Below, piece after piece: positions 55,148-64,000 of a stretch of DNA of 64,000 nt (positions are counted from its first letter, which is position 1; every line of letters begins with the position of its first letter). The translations under genes were made by a program, and so were the position numbers. Origin of the DNA: an uncultured Clostridiaceae bacterium (GTDB lineage Bacteria; Bacillota; Clostridia; TANB77; CAG-508); contig CAOJVB010000005.1 of assembly GCA_948444845.1 (NCBI GenBank), positions 3,779 through 67,778 on the forward strand. The letters run 5' to 3'. The notes below the pieces were generated by a model. That model saw only the letters and a program-made list of their open reading frames with translations. It was not told the DNA's origin and made no database searches.

Positions 55148-56566
55148 ATGATAAGAAATGTTCAATTAAAAATAATATTAATTTTTGGAATAATAGGAAT
55201 AGTATTAATAAGTTTTATAGGAATTTTTTATGGTATGAGCCTAAAAGAAGTAGGCGAAATACAAGGGTATAATAGTATTGTGAATACACAAATACACAAT
55301 GTAAAATATATAACAATTATTGCAGAAAGTTTATATGGAATGATAACAATATTAGTTGCTATATTTATATCAAAAGTAGTAATAAATCCTATAACAAAAC
55401 TAATAACAGAGGCACCAAAAATAGCATCGGGTGAAGCTAATAGCATAAATAAGACAAATGAAAATAAGAAGAAAAAAGATGTAGATGAACTTACAAATGC
55501 ATTTGATATAATGACAAATGAACTTCGTGAAAACTTAAATGAAGTAAGTAGGCAAAAAAAGCAAATAGAAACTATATTACTTCATATGACAGATGGTATT
55601 ATAGCTTTTGATATGGAAGGAAATATAACACATATAAACCCAGCAGCAACAGAACTTTTAAAGCTAACAGAAAAAGATAATTCCTTTGATACGATATTTG
55701 GAAAACTAAACATAAATATAAACTTAGAAAAAACAGTCTATTTAGAAGATTGGACCTCATTAGAGCAAAGGGTAACAGTAGAAGACAAATATTTAAACAT
55801 ATTTTTTGCATCATTTAAAGATGAAAAAGATATACCATCAGGAATAATGGTAGTTATTCAAGACATAACAGAACACGTAAAATTAGATAATATGAGAAAA
55901 GAATTTGTAGCAGATGTATCACACGAACTAAAAACACCAATAACATCAATAATGGGGTATGCAGATACACTTTTAGAAAGTGAATATGATAAAGATATGC
56001 AGTCGAAGTTCCTAAACGTAATATCTCAAGAAGCAAGAAGAATGGCAAAATTAGTTACAGATCTTTTAACATTATCTAGGTATGACACAAATAAAGTTAA
56101 GAAGGAAATAACAGAATTCGACTTAGGAGAATTAGTAAAAAATTGTCAAGAAAAATTGCAACTAGAAATAAATAAAAAACATCATGAAGTAGAATGCTTT
56201 GTAACAGCAAATGTGCCACCAGTAAGAGCAGATAAAGATGGAATAGAAAGGGTAGTACTTAATATACTTACAAACAGCATAAAATATACTAAAGAAGATG
56301 GAAAAATAAAAATATATGTAGGTTTTGTATATAATGATGCATATATAAAAGTGATAGACAATGGAATAGGAATACCAGAGGAAGATTTAAACCGAATATT
56401 TGAAAGATTTTACAGAGTAGATAAAGCTAGAACAAGACAAATGGGAGGAACAGGTTTAGGATTATCAATAGCAAAAGAAATATTAGACCAAAACAATTCA
56501 AGTATAGACATAAAAAGTAAAGTAGGAGAAGGAACAGAAGTAGTAATAAGAATACCTACAAAATAA
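55148..56566 (+). CDS. walK: HAMP-PAS sensor histidine kinase (WalK/YycG-like)
   Basis: MTDGIIA.D, FVADVSHELKTP, N.IKYT, FERFYRVDKAR.R.MGGTGLGL. Confidence 0.85.
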   Translation: MIRNVQLKIILIFGIIGIVLISFIGIFYGMSLKEVGEIQGYNSIVNTQIHNVKYITIIAESLYGMITILVAIFISKVVINPITKLITEAPKIASGEANSINKTNENKKKKDVDELTNAFDIMTNELRENLNEVSRQKKQIETILLHMTDGIIAFDMEGNITHINPAATELLKLTEKDNSFDTIFGKLNININLEKTVYLEDWTSLEQRVTVEDKYLNIFFASFKDEKDIPSGIMVVIQDITEHVKLDNMRKEFVADVSHELKTPITSIMGYADTLLESEYDKDMQSKFLNVISQEARRMAKLVTDLLTLSRYDTNKVKKEITEFDLGELVKNCQEKLQLEINKKHHEVECFVTANVPPVRADKDGIERVVLNILTNSIKYTKEDGKIKIYVGFVYNDAYIKVIDNGIGIPEEDLNRIFERFYRVDKARTRQMGGTGLGLSIAKEILDQNNSSIDIKSKVGEGTEVVIRIPTK

Positions 56567-56653
56567 TTACATTAATGAAAAAAACAGTTGAAAAAAACTC
56601 AAAGAAGCATTATAATTTATATATTATTGTAATACAAGAGAGGAATAAATAAA

Positions 56654-57283
56654 ATGATGATACAAATAAATAGTAAAGTTAAAGAAGTTTTAGAATGGGT
56701 ATATTGTATAGTAATAGCTTTAGTACTAGCACTACTAATAAGGTATTTTATAGGAACACCAACAGTAGTAATGCAAGTATCAATGAAACCAACACTTGTA
56801 CAAGGGCAAAGGCTTATTTTAAATAAAACACCTAGAACTTTTCATGGTTCATATGAAAAAGGAGATATAATTACATTTGAAGCACCTTCTTTAGACTATG
56901 CAAAAACTGTTAAGGCAGAGTATGATTATAAACCTAAAAATATATTTGAAAGCTTTACTTATTATGTACTAGAAATAGGAAAAACCAGCTATATAAAAAG
57001 AGTTATAGCACTTCCAGGTGAACATGTAGAAATAAGAGATGGCAAAGTATATGTGGAAGGGGAAAAAATAGAAGAACATTACCTAAGTTCTACTGTAAAA
57101 ACAGAACCACAAAACCCCAATTTAATAGACTTTATAGTTCCAGAAGGCTATATTTTTGCAATGGGAGATAACAGAGCTGAAAGTATGGACTGTAGAAAAT
57201 TTGGATGTATTCCAATAGAAAAAATAGAAAGCAAAGTACTAATTAGGTTCTGGCCACTAAATCTTTTCGGAAAAGTAGATTAA
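56654..57283 (+). CDS. lepB: signal peptidase I
   Basis: SMKPTL, YIKRVIALPG, MGDNR..S.DCR.FG. Confidence 0.93.
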   Translation: MMIQINSKVKEVLEWVYCIVIALVLALLIRYFIGTPTVVMQVSMKPTLVQGQRLILNKTPRTFHGSYEKGDIITFEAPSLDYAKTVKAEYDYKPKNIFESFTYYVLEIGKTSYIKRVIALPGEHVEIRDGKVYVEGEKIEEHYLSSTVKTEPQNPNLIDFIVPEGYIFAMGDNRAESMDCRKFGCIPIEKIESKVLIRFWPLNLFGKVD

Positions 57284-57507
57284 TAGGAAGATATTAAATT
57301 TATAGTATATCAATAAGATAATTGTAGAGGATAAACCGGTGAGGAATACCTCTTCGGGAATACCAAATTCGCCCTTTAGTGGTATACAATATATTTATAA
57401 TAAAATTGAGAGCATAATTTATGTAAATTCTCTTTGGTATTCCTTTTAGATATAGGCGCCCCTACAATAAAAATAGATAACACAGATAACCAAAACGGAG
57501 GTTAATA

Positions 57508-58410
57508 TTGAGCTTTAATAATATTATAGGAAATGAAAAAGTAAAAGAACTATTAAATAAATCCATAGAACAAAATAATATATTACATAGTTATTTGTTT
57601 TTGGGAATAGAAGGAATAGGAAAGAGCTTATTTGCTAAACAATTCGCTAAAATGATTTTATGCCAAAATGATATAAAACCATGTAATAAATGTAAATCAT
57701 GTATAGAATTTGAAAATAATAATAACCCTGACTTTACAATAATAAACAATGATGAAAAAGTTATAAAAATAGATCAAATAAGAGAAATGAACAAAAAGAT
57801 AACAGAAAAACCAATTACTTCTAACAAAAAGGTATATATAATAAACAATAGTGATACCATGACAAAAGAAGCGCAAAACTCACTATTAAAAACTTTAGAA
57901 GAACCACCAGAATATGCAGTAATAATGCTTATAGCTTCTAATGAAAATAAATTACTAAACACCATAAGGTCAAGAACTATAAAAATAAACTTTAATAAAC
58001 TTAAATATGAAGAACTACTAGAATATGTGGCAAAAAACAACATAGAAGGCTTAAAAAATAATATGTTACTATTTGCAGATGGAAGTATTGAAAAAGTATT
58101 AAAAATAAAAGAAAATGAAGAAAGTTATTTACAAATAGAAAATCTAATTAATAATTTAGACAAAAAAAATCTTATATATATACTAAACAATTCAGAAGTA
58201 TTGTACAAAGCAAAAGAAGAAATATATGATATATTAGAATATATAAATATTTTATTATTAAATACAAAAGAAATAGAAAAAATTAATTGTGTAAAATATG
58301 TAGAAGAAGCAAAAAGAAGGTTAAACTCGAGTAGTAATTATGATATGACAATAGATAACCTTTTAATAAAAATGTGGGAGGAAATTAATGAAAAATATAG
58401 TAGGTGTTAG
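57508..58410 (+). CDS. holB: DNA polymerase III delta' subunit
   Basis: HSYLF.G.EGIGK, C..PC.KC.SC, AQNSLLKTLEEPP, TIRSR; upstream of yaaT. Confidence 0.9.
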   Translation: MSFNNIIGNEKVKELLNKSIEQNNILHSYLFLGIEGIGKSLFAKQFAKMILCQNDIKPCNKCKSCIEFENNNNPDFTIINNDEKVIKIDQIREMNKKITEKPITSNKKVYIINNSDTMTKEAQNSLLKTLEEPPEYAVIMLIASNENKLLNTIRSRTIKINFNKLKYEELLEYVAKNNIEGLKNNMLLFADGSIEKVLKIKENEESYLQIENLINNLDKKNLIYILNNSEVLYKAKEEIYDILEYINILLLNTKEIEKINCVKYVEEAKRRLNSSSNYDMTIDNLLIKMWEEINEKYSRC

Positions 58411-59314
58411 ATTTAAAAGACCAGGCAAGATATATTTTTTTGATCCAGGCGAATTGCAAATAGTAGGCAGAGAATTTGTAATAGTACAAACTACTGAAGG
58501 AGAAGAATATGGTGAAGTTGCAATATCAAATAGAAGTATTCCAGACGAGAAAGTAGTAGCACCATTAAAAAAAGTAATAAGAATTGCAAATAAAAAAGAT
58601 AAAATGCATTATGAAGAAAATAAGAAAAAAGAAAAAGAAGCATTTGAAATATGTAAGAAAAAAATAAAAGAGCATAATTTAGAAATGGCATTAACAGATG
58701 TAGAATTCAAGTTTGATAATAGTAAAGTATTATTCTATTTTACAGCAGATGGAAGAATAGATTTTAGAGATTTAGTAAAAGATTTAGCAAGTATTTTCAA
58801 AACAAGAATAGAATTAAGACAAATAGGAGTAAGAGACGAAGTAAAAAGAATTGGCGGAAATGGAGTATGTGGAAGAGAACTATGCTGTTGCTCATTTTTA
58901 GGAAACTTTGAAACAGTATCTATAAAAATGGCAAAAGAGCAAAATATGTCACTAAATCCATCAAAAATATCAGGAAATTGTGGAAGGCTAATGTGTTGTT
59001 TAAAATATGAGCAAGATGTATATGAAGAAAAACTAAGTAGACTTCCAAAAATGGGAGCAATAGTAAAAACAGAAGATGGAGAAGGAATAGTAGATGGAGT
59101 AGAAACCTTAAAAGAAAAAGTAAGAGTAAAACTAAAAGATTCAGAAGGAGAATACTTTTATAAAAAATACGACGCCAAAGACATAAAAATTATAAAGAAT
59201 ATTTCGAACCACCAAATAGATCCAGAAGAAAAAGAGCACCTAAAAGAACTACAAGAACTAGAGAAATTAGAAAAATTAGATAAAACAAAAGCAGAAAAAA
59301 ATGGAGAAATATAA
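58388..59314 (+). CDS. yaaT: PSP1-domain protein RicT/YaaT
   Basis: FYFTADGRIDFRDLV, RQIGVRDE, CGRELCC, KISG.CGRLMCCL.YE. Confidence 0.93.
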   Translation: MKNIVGVRFKRPGKIYFFDPGELQIVGREFVIVQTTEGEEYGEVAISNRSIPDEKVVAPLKKVIRIANKKDKMHYEENKKKEKEAFEICKKKIKEHNLEMALTDVEFKFDNSKVLFYFTADGRIDFRDLVKDLASIFKTRIELRQIGVRDEVKRIGGNGVCGRELCCCSFLGNFETVSIKMAKEQNMSLNPSKISGNCGRLMCCLKYEQDVYEEKLSRLPKMGAIVKTEDGEGIVDGVETLKEKVRVKLKDSEGEYFYKKYDAKDIKIIKNISNHQIDPEEKEHLKELQELEKLEKLDKTKAEKNGEI

Positions 59315-59377
59315 GTTAGCTATTTTAAGCTTAAGAGAGTTACAGATAACTTAAGCGAAGACTAGGAGGTGAAAAAA

Positions 59378-59554
59378 ATGGCATATAAAATAACAGATAA
59401 ATGTATACAATGTGGAGCATGCGCAGCAGAATGCCCAGTAGGATGTATAGAGCCAGGAGACGACAAATACATAATAGATCCAAAGCAATGTATAGGATGT
59501 GGAACATGCGCAGGAGTATGCCCAGTTGAGGCACCAGTTGAGGAAAACGACTAA
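59378..59554 (+). CDS. 2[4Fe-4S] ferredoxin
   Basis: Two CxxCxxCxxxCP motifs; AGGAGGT RBS. Confidence 0.95.
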   Translation: MAYKITDKCIQCGACAAECPVGCIEPGDDKYIIDPKQCIGCGTCAGVCPVEAPVEEND

Positions 59555-59570
59555 TGGGAGGATATACTTA

Positions 59571-59686
59571 TAAATGTACTACAAAAAAGCGAGTCAAAAG
59601 AGACGTGAAAAATTGATACATCTTTAAAAGATAAAGTATGTCAATTTCCCACGTCCCTTTTGACTCGCTTTTTTGTAGCACATTTA
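59571..59686. repeat. about 116-bp imperfect palindrome between convergent genes
   Basis: taaatgt.ctacaaaaaagcgagtcaaaag..acgtg...cacgt..cttttgactcgcttttttgtag.acattta. Confidence 0.8.
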
Positions 59687-59767
59687 AGTTTTTATATAAT
59701 TTTGTGATGGTTGTTTATTTTAATCTATTTAATTTTCATCCATATATTTTACTACTTATATTCTATT

Positions 59768-60430
59768 TTAAAACTCTCTTTTTAGTTGCTTTACAATTCC
59801 GATAATAATAACTGGAATACTCTCTATTTCATCATAAGTAAAAATAAGAGGTTCATAATTATTATTAAAAGGTTGTAATAAAATGCCATTACTGCTTTTC
59901 TTTACTTTTTTTATTGTAGCTTCATCTTCATTTATAATAGTTACTACAATATCTCCGTTTTCAAAATCAGCTTGTTTCTTTACAATAACAATATCATCTT
60001 CTATTATAGCAGGAAACATTGAGTCACCTTTTACCTTTAATGCAAAGAAATCATCACCATTGCCTACAAGTCTTGTCTCCACATCTATAGTTCCTATTAT
60101 ATTTTCTTGTGCTAAATAATCAGAGCTTGATTTAATAGTTTGTAATATGGGAATTTCAATAACAGTATTATTTAATCCATCTTTTTTTTTGTACAATTCT
60201 CTTTTCATAGGAACATCATATCCCATTAACCAAACAGGATTAACATTATAATATTGGGCTAAAGTTTCTAATATAGGGAGCTTTATTTTTTCAGTCTTTC
60301 CATTCTCCCATCTTAAAACAGTACTTTTGTGTACATCAACTTTCTTACCAGCTTGTTCTAAAGTTATATTTTTTTTCTCACGAGCTTCTTTTAATCGCTT
60401 TCCGACTTCTTTAAAAATAATTTCTTCCAT
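59768..60430 (-). CDS. XRE-HTH plus S24 peptidase repressor (CI/LexA-like)
   Basis: RLKEARE...KSTVLRWENG HTH; FALKVKGDSM.P and ATIKK peptidase motifs. Confidence 0.9.
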   Translation of the reverse strand: MEEIIFKEVGKRLKEAREKKNITLEQAGKKVDVHKSTVLRWENGKTEKIKLPILETLAQYYNVNPVWLMGYDVPMKRELYKKKDGLNNTVIEIPILQTIKSSSDYLAQENIIGTIDVETRLVGNGDDFFALKVKGDSMFPAIIEDDIVIVKKQADFENGDIVVTIINEDEATIKKVKKSSNGILLQPFNNNYEPLIFTYDEIESIPVIIIGIVKQLKREF

Positions 60431-60452
60431 ACTAAATCTCCTAATACTATAG

Positions 60453-60567
60453 ATTATAACATATTATACAACTTTTGCAACACATTATGGAAAAAATATT
60501 AAAAAGAGTTGCAAAACGCTATTGACAATATAGATAAATAATGTATAATTGTACCTAAGTTGCAAAA
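60453..60567. promoter_or_regulatory. divergent sigma-A promoters with three GTTGCAAAA operator-like sites
   Basis: Rightward TTGACA(60522)-16-TATAAT(60544); leftward TTGCAA(60480)-16-TATAAT(60458); GTTGCAAAA near 60473 (minus), 60508 and 60559. Confidence 0.6.
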
Positions 60568-60739
60568 TACAACATCGGATTTAAAAAATAAATAAAATGT
60601 TAAGATATTATAAAGATAAAATTTAAAATGGAGATATATAAATAAGTAAAAAAGAAAAAGCAAATCTAATATGAATACCTTGTTTTATGGGTAATTATAT
60701 AAAATTTAATAAAAATATAAATAGAGAGGAGATGAAGAT

Positions 60740-61051
60740 ATGTTTTTGCCAGGAGTAATATTGGGGTTATTTATAGGCATGTTTTTAACAGGTTGTATAT
60801 TTATAAATAGAATTAATCAAAGCCAATTGTTAGTAAATAAAAGTAGACAAGCATTAATAAATGCAGAAGGCAGAGTAGTATGTTTAATTCAACAAAATAA
60901 AACATTATATAAAGAAAACAAACACATACAGCTTGAAAAAGAAAAACTAAAAGATATTGTAAATAGAATATATAATTTATCTACAAGTAATACATATAAT
61001 AATGAAAAAACAATTTTAACAAAAATAAAAGAAGTTATTACTGATGAATAA
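60740..61051 (+). CDS. phage-like small membrane/coiled-coil protein
   Basis: N-terminal TM, coiled coil, GAGGA RBS. Confidence 0.6.
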   Translation: MFLPGVILGLFIGMFLTGCIFINRINQSQLLVNKSRQALINAEGRVVCLIQQNKTLYKENKHIQLEKEKLKDIVNRIYNLSTSNTYNNEKTILTKIKEVITDE

Positions 61052-61189
61052 ATTGCCAAATAAAATTATTAAAATAAAAGGGAATGTAAAAAAGTATGTA
61101 AAAAGGGATGAGGTGTATCAATTTACCTTGTACCTTTTCACATACTTTTTTTGTATAAGAAACACTATGAAATTTTTTGGGTTCAACTC

Positions 61190-61357
61190 TTAAAATTTTT
61201 TCATAGTATCTTCAATAGCATAAGAAAAGTATTCTACATCTTCATCTGCGTTAATATTAAAAGCAGAGAAACCAGTTTCAGCATTTCTATAGATAGAAAT
61301 TAAAATAGTTCCAATCTTTTCTACATTATTTTCATGATTATTTGTAATATTCAACAT
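61190..61357 (-). CDS. small hypothetical protein (55 aa)
   Basis: MLNITNNHENNVEKIG...; AAGGAGA RBS. Confidence 0.5.
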   Translation of the reverse strand: MLNITNNHENNVEKIGTILISIYRNAETGFSAFNINADEDVEYFSYAIEDTMKKF

Positions 61358-61634
61358 CCTAATTCTCCTTTCTAAGCGAATTGTTCAAAATATATCACAA
61401 ATAAAATGCAAAGTCTGTCGAAACTTGTCAGAAGATTTAAAAATAGTGGTTTGCTAATATAAAGATAAGCGATATAAAATAGAAAATAAAAAATATTTTA
61501 AATAATTCTGAAGTTAAGAAGTAAGAGTGTATGAAAGTAGACAGACCTCAAAAAAGTAAAAATCTGTAAAAAAATGTAAAATATTACCTTTGACATTTAT
61601 GTTTTATTTATATATTATAAAACTTGGTGATAAA

Positions 61635-62012
61635 ATGAACAGAAAATTATATAATGAAATAAAAGTACTACAAAAAAAGTTAGATAAGAATATAGATAAA
61701 AATGGATTAAAAGATAAACAAACAATAGAAACAAGCGATAAGATAGAGGAATTAATAAATAATTACTATAATTTGCTAAAAAAAAGAGAATATCCAACTG
61801 AAAGTATTATGAAACTATTTTATGATATTTCATATGAAGAATTGAAAAAAAATACAATAGTCAATCAAAAATTCCCAGAAGTTAGTCAATGGAATAAATA
61901 TGCAAGAGAGTATGGCTTACTATCAGCAGAGTCAATAAAATACATTTCAATGCTAGATTGGAAGTATTTAAGAGTAAAAGTAAATAGAGAAATTAATATG
62001 AAAATTTTTTGA
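61635..62012 (+). CDS. Spo0E-like N-terminal domain protein
   Basis: EIKVLQKKLD...TIETSDKIEELINNYY resembles the Spo0E fold; TGTCGAA at 61416. Confidence 0.6.
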   Translation: MNRKLYNEIKVLQKKLDKNIDKNGLKDKQTIETSDKIEELINNYYNLLKKREYPTESIMKLFYDISYEELKKNTIVNQKFPEVSQWNKYAREYGLLSAESIKYISMLDWKYLRVKVNREINMKIF

Positions 62013-62288
62013 AAAAAGTTTTGTGTAGCAATATCAAGTGTTACACAATTTTTTTAGACAAATTTTAATAAAAAATGTCGAAAATGGAACTAAAACGTTT
62101 GACAATATTTAAATAATAAAATAAAATATTAATATAAAAAAGAGAGAGTTTTAACTTGTATTTAAAACTCCCTCAAGAGTGTATATTATAACTAGCAATA
62201 TACAAATATAATATACACTCTTAAATCACATTTGTCAAATTTTGTCTAAAACAGAATTTGAAACAAAAGAAAAAGGAGAGGTATTTTT

Positions 62289-62444
62289 ATGAAAAGGAAA
62301 ATAACAAAGGATGAAGAATTGATTTTAAAAGAGATTCTAAAAAATTGTAAATGGAAGGAAAGGATATTGGTAAAAGCTAATACAGACTTCATATTAAACA
62401 TATATCATCAAGGAAGGATAGAAGTAATAAATGTTATAATATAA
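62289..62444 (+). CDS. small hypothetical protein (51 aa)
   Basis: MKRKITKDEELILKEIL...; AGGAGAGG RBS. Confidence 0.55.
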   Translation: MKRKITKDEELILKEILKNCKWKERILVKANTDFILNIYHQGRIEVINVII

Positions 62445-62595
62445 AAAGTGAGATATTTGCAATAAAAAACAAAGATTATAGAATTGCAAAAAAATGTTGA
62501 TATTTGTCGAATAATATGGTAATATATAATATATTTTTAAGAGACCTTTAAAAGTAACTATTAATAATTAAATTGTTAACTAATGGAGGGTAAAA

Positions 62596-62745
62596 ATGAT
62601 TTTGATATTTGGAACAATTTTATTTATTATGATTTTTGTGTATATTATAGACAATTGTGCAGCTCAAATTAATGAAGAGGATAGAAGAGAAAAAGAAATG
62701 AAGAGCATTACAAAAAACAAAATTGAATATGAGAATGAAAAATAA
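62596..62745 (+). CDS. small membrane protein (49 aa)
   Basis: MILIFGTILFIMIFVYII TM segment plus charged tail; GGAGG RBS. Confidence 0.5.
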   Translation: MILIFGTILFIMIFVYIIDNCAAQINEEDRREKEMKSITKNKIEYENEK

Positions 62746-63284
62746 GAAAATGAAGTAGTTTAGAAAGTAAATTAAAAAAGTGCTATCTAAACTATTTCAT
62801 TTTTATGAATAATTAGCGTCAGCAATATTTAGAATACGTTTGTATCTCACTTTAAAAGTGGGATACTTTCTTTTTAACTTACACTTCATATGAGGTGTTT
62901 ATTTTTTATAATAAAATTGTAAAAAATGCAAAAATTCCATTCTCTAAAACTATGCCAAAATTTATATTTTTTCAAAAACAAATTTGGCATACTTATTATT
63001 TTTAAGAATGTAGAATTTTTACAAATCAAATTCTATATTATTTTTAAAGTAAAAAATAATATAAGAAAAATAAATTTGATATACTAAAATCGTTCTAAAA
63101 CCCCAGTATATCAACGAAAAAAATTTTTTTTTGACCGTGTAAAAATTTAACTAATTTGTTTATTTCTATTGATAATTAATAAAATTTATTGTATAGTATT
63201 AGGCATAGGAAATGAGAATAAGCAGTATGGGTGATACCACTTTACATACACAGTTCTTACTGTGAGAATGGGGGGTGGTGCTAT

Positions 63285-63398
63285 ATGGTAGAACAAGCTA
63301 TGTTAATTATAATGTACTTACTTTTCTGCGGTTTTGTAGAAACAACTATTATAGCATTTGCCTTAATCATAACATTGGTTATTATTTTGCGCAAATAA
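63285..63398 (+). CDS. putative type I toxin (37-aa hydrophobic peptide)
   Basis: MVEQAMLIIMYLLFCGFVETTIIAFALIITLVIILRK; GGGGGTGG RBS; long leader after TTGATA-17-TATAGT. Confidence 0.6.
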   Translation: MVEQAMLIIMYLLFCGFVETTIIAFALIITLVIILRK

Positions 63399-63485
63399 AA
63401 AAGCACCACACTACGCTTCGCCAAGCTATGTGGTGTTTTATCTTAATATAAGGTAGCACACATTTCTGTGGCTTTCATTTCCTAT
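63395..63485 (-). ncRNA. putative antisense antitoxin RNA
   Basis: Perfect TTGACA(63518-63513)-17-TATAAT(63495-63490) on the minus strand, no ORF, converging on a hairpin (aaagcaccaca...tgtggtgttt) at the toxin 3' end; boundaries approximate. Confidence 0.5.
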
Positions 63486-64000
63486 TTTTATTATACATAG
63501 ATATTCACAAATTGTCAACAATTAATTTTAGGCGTTTTATATTAGAAATGCTTATTTTATATAATATGCGCGCCAAAAGTTGAATACTTGACTTTTGGCG
63601 CATTTTACTTTATCAATTTATGAATAACTATCATAGCATTAGCAATAATTATGAGCAAAAGCGAATAGACCAATAAAAAAACACATCTGTAAACTTTGCC
63701 GAGTTAGATGTGTTTATCATATATATTTAAAATTCCGTTTTTTAGGTTATAACTGCATTTTACTTTTTGCATTATAAGTCCTATTGATATTACACCCTCA
63801 ATTTTTAGTTCTATTGTTTTTTTGTTCATATTTTTTACTATTTTTTTAGTCCTTTTTCGTTTATTTGTTCCATAATTTTTCCCTTTCTAGACCCCTATTT
63901 TTATTCTCTCATTGTAGTTACATATTTTATCTAATGGACTAAAACTGTCAAAATCTGTTTGTAAATCTTGACCAAATAAATCCACATATTTTTGTGTTTC

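Noticed and set aside
401-58691. Numerous minus-strand Leu/Phe/Ser-rich ORFs overlapping long plus-strand genes
   Set aside because: Shadow ORFs produced by the A-rich coding strand; no RBS or motifs.
63745-63873. Minus-strand ORF with RBS near the window end
   Set aside because: Stops after about 11 codons at an A run; at most a remnant.
1-64000. A tRNA gene that could explain the recoding
   Set aside because: No cloverleaf or T-loop (GTTCRA) context recognised by eye in this window; it must be sought elsewhere in the genome.

Overview
This is a very AT-rich chromosomal window from a spore-forming Clostridia-like Firmicute (small-genome gut type; taxon is inferred). It contains housekeeping genes (metK, coaE, coaD, rpsU, yqeY, ymfFH, walRK, lepB, holB, ricT/yaaT, ferredoxin) and sporulation-type genes (spoVB-like flippase, cwlD, two Spo0E-like genes). 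It also has a relaxase-less type IV secretion-like locus with three VirB2-like pilins, a giant GT84/GH94 cyclic beta-glucan synthase-like gene, several dispersed REP/MITE-like repeats, and a decayed prophage-like end with a type I toxin-antitoxin-like module. Main observation: six genes look broken by frameshifts, but all 13 breaks have the same structure, an in-frame CGG codon followed by N. Skipping the C and reading GGN as Gly restores the frame and the conserved protein motifs. There are four such sites within 46 nt of cwlD and five in the glucan synthase. This points to a recurrent +1 recoding rule (CGGN read as one glycine, a quadruplet-like codon) rather than random pseudogenisation. 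Five in-frame CGG codons in accessory-looking genes do not fit the rule.
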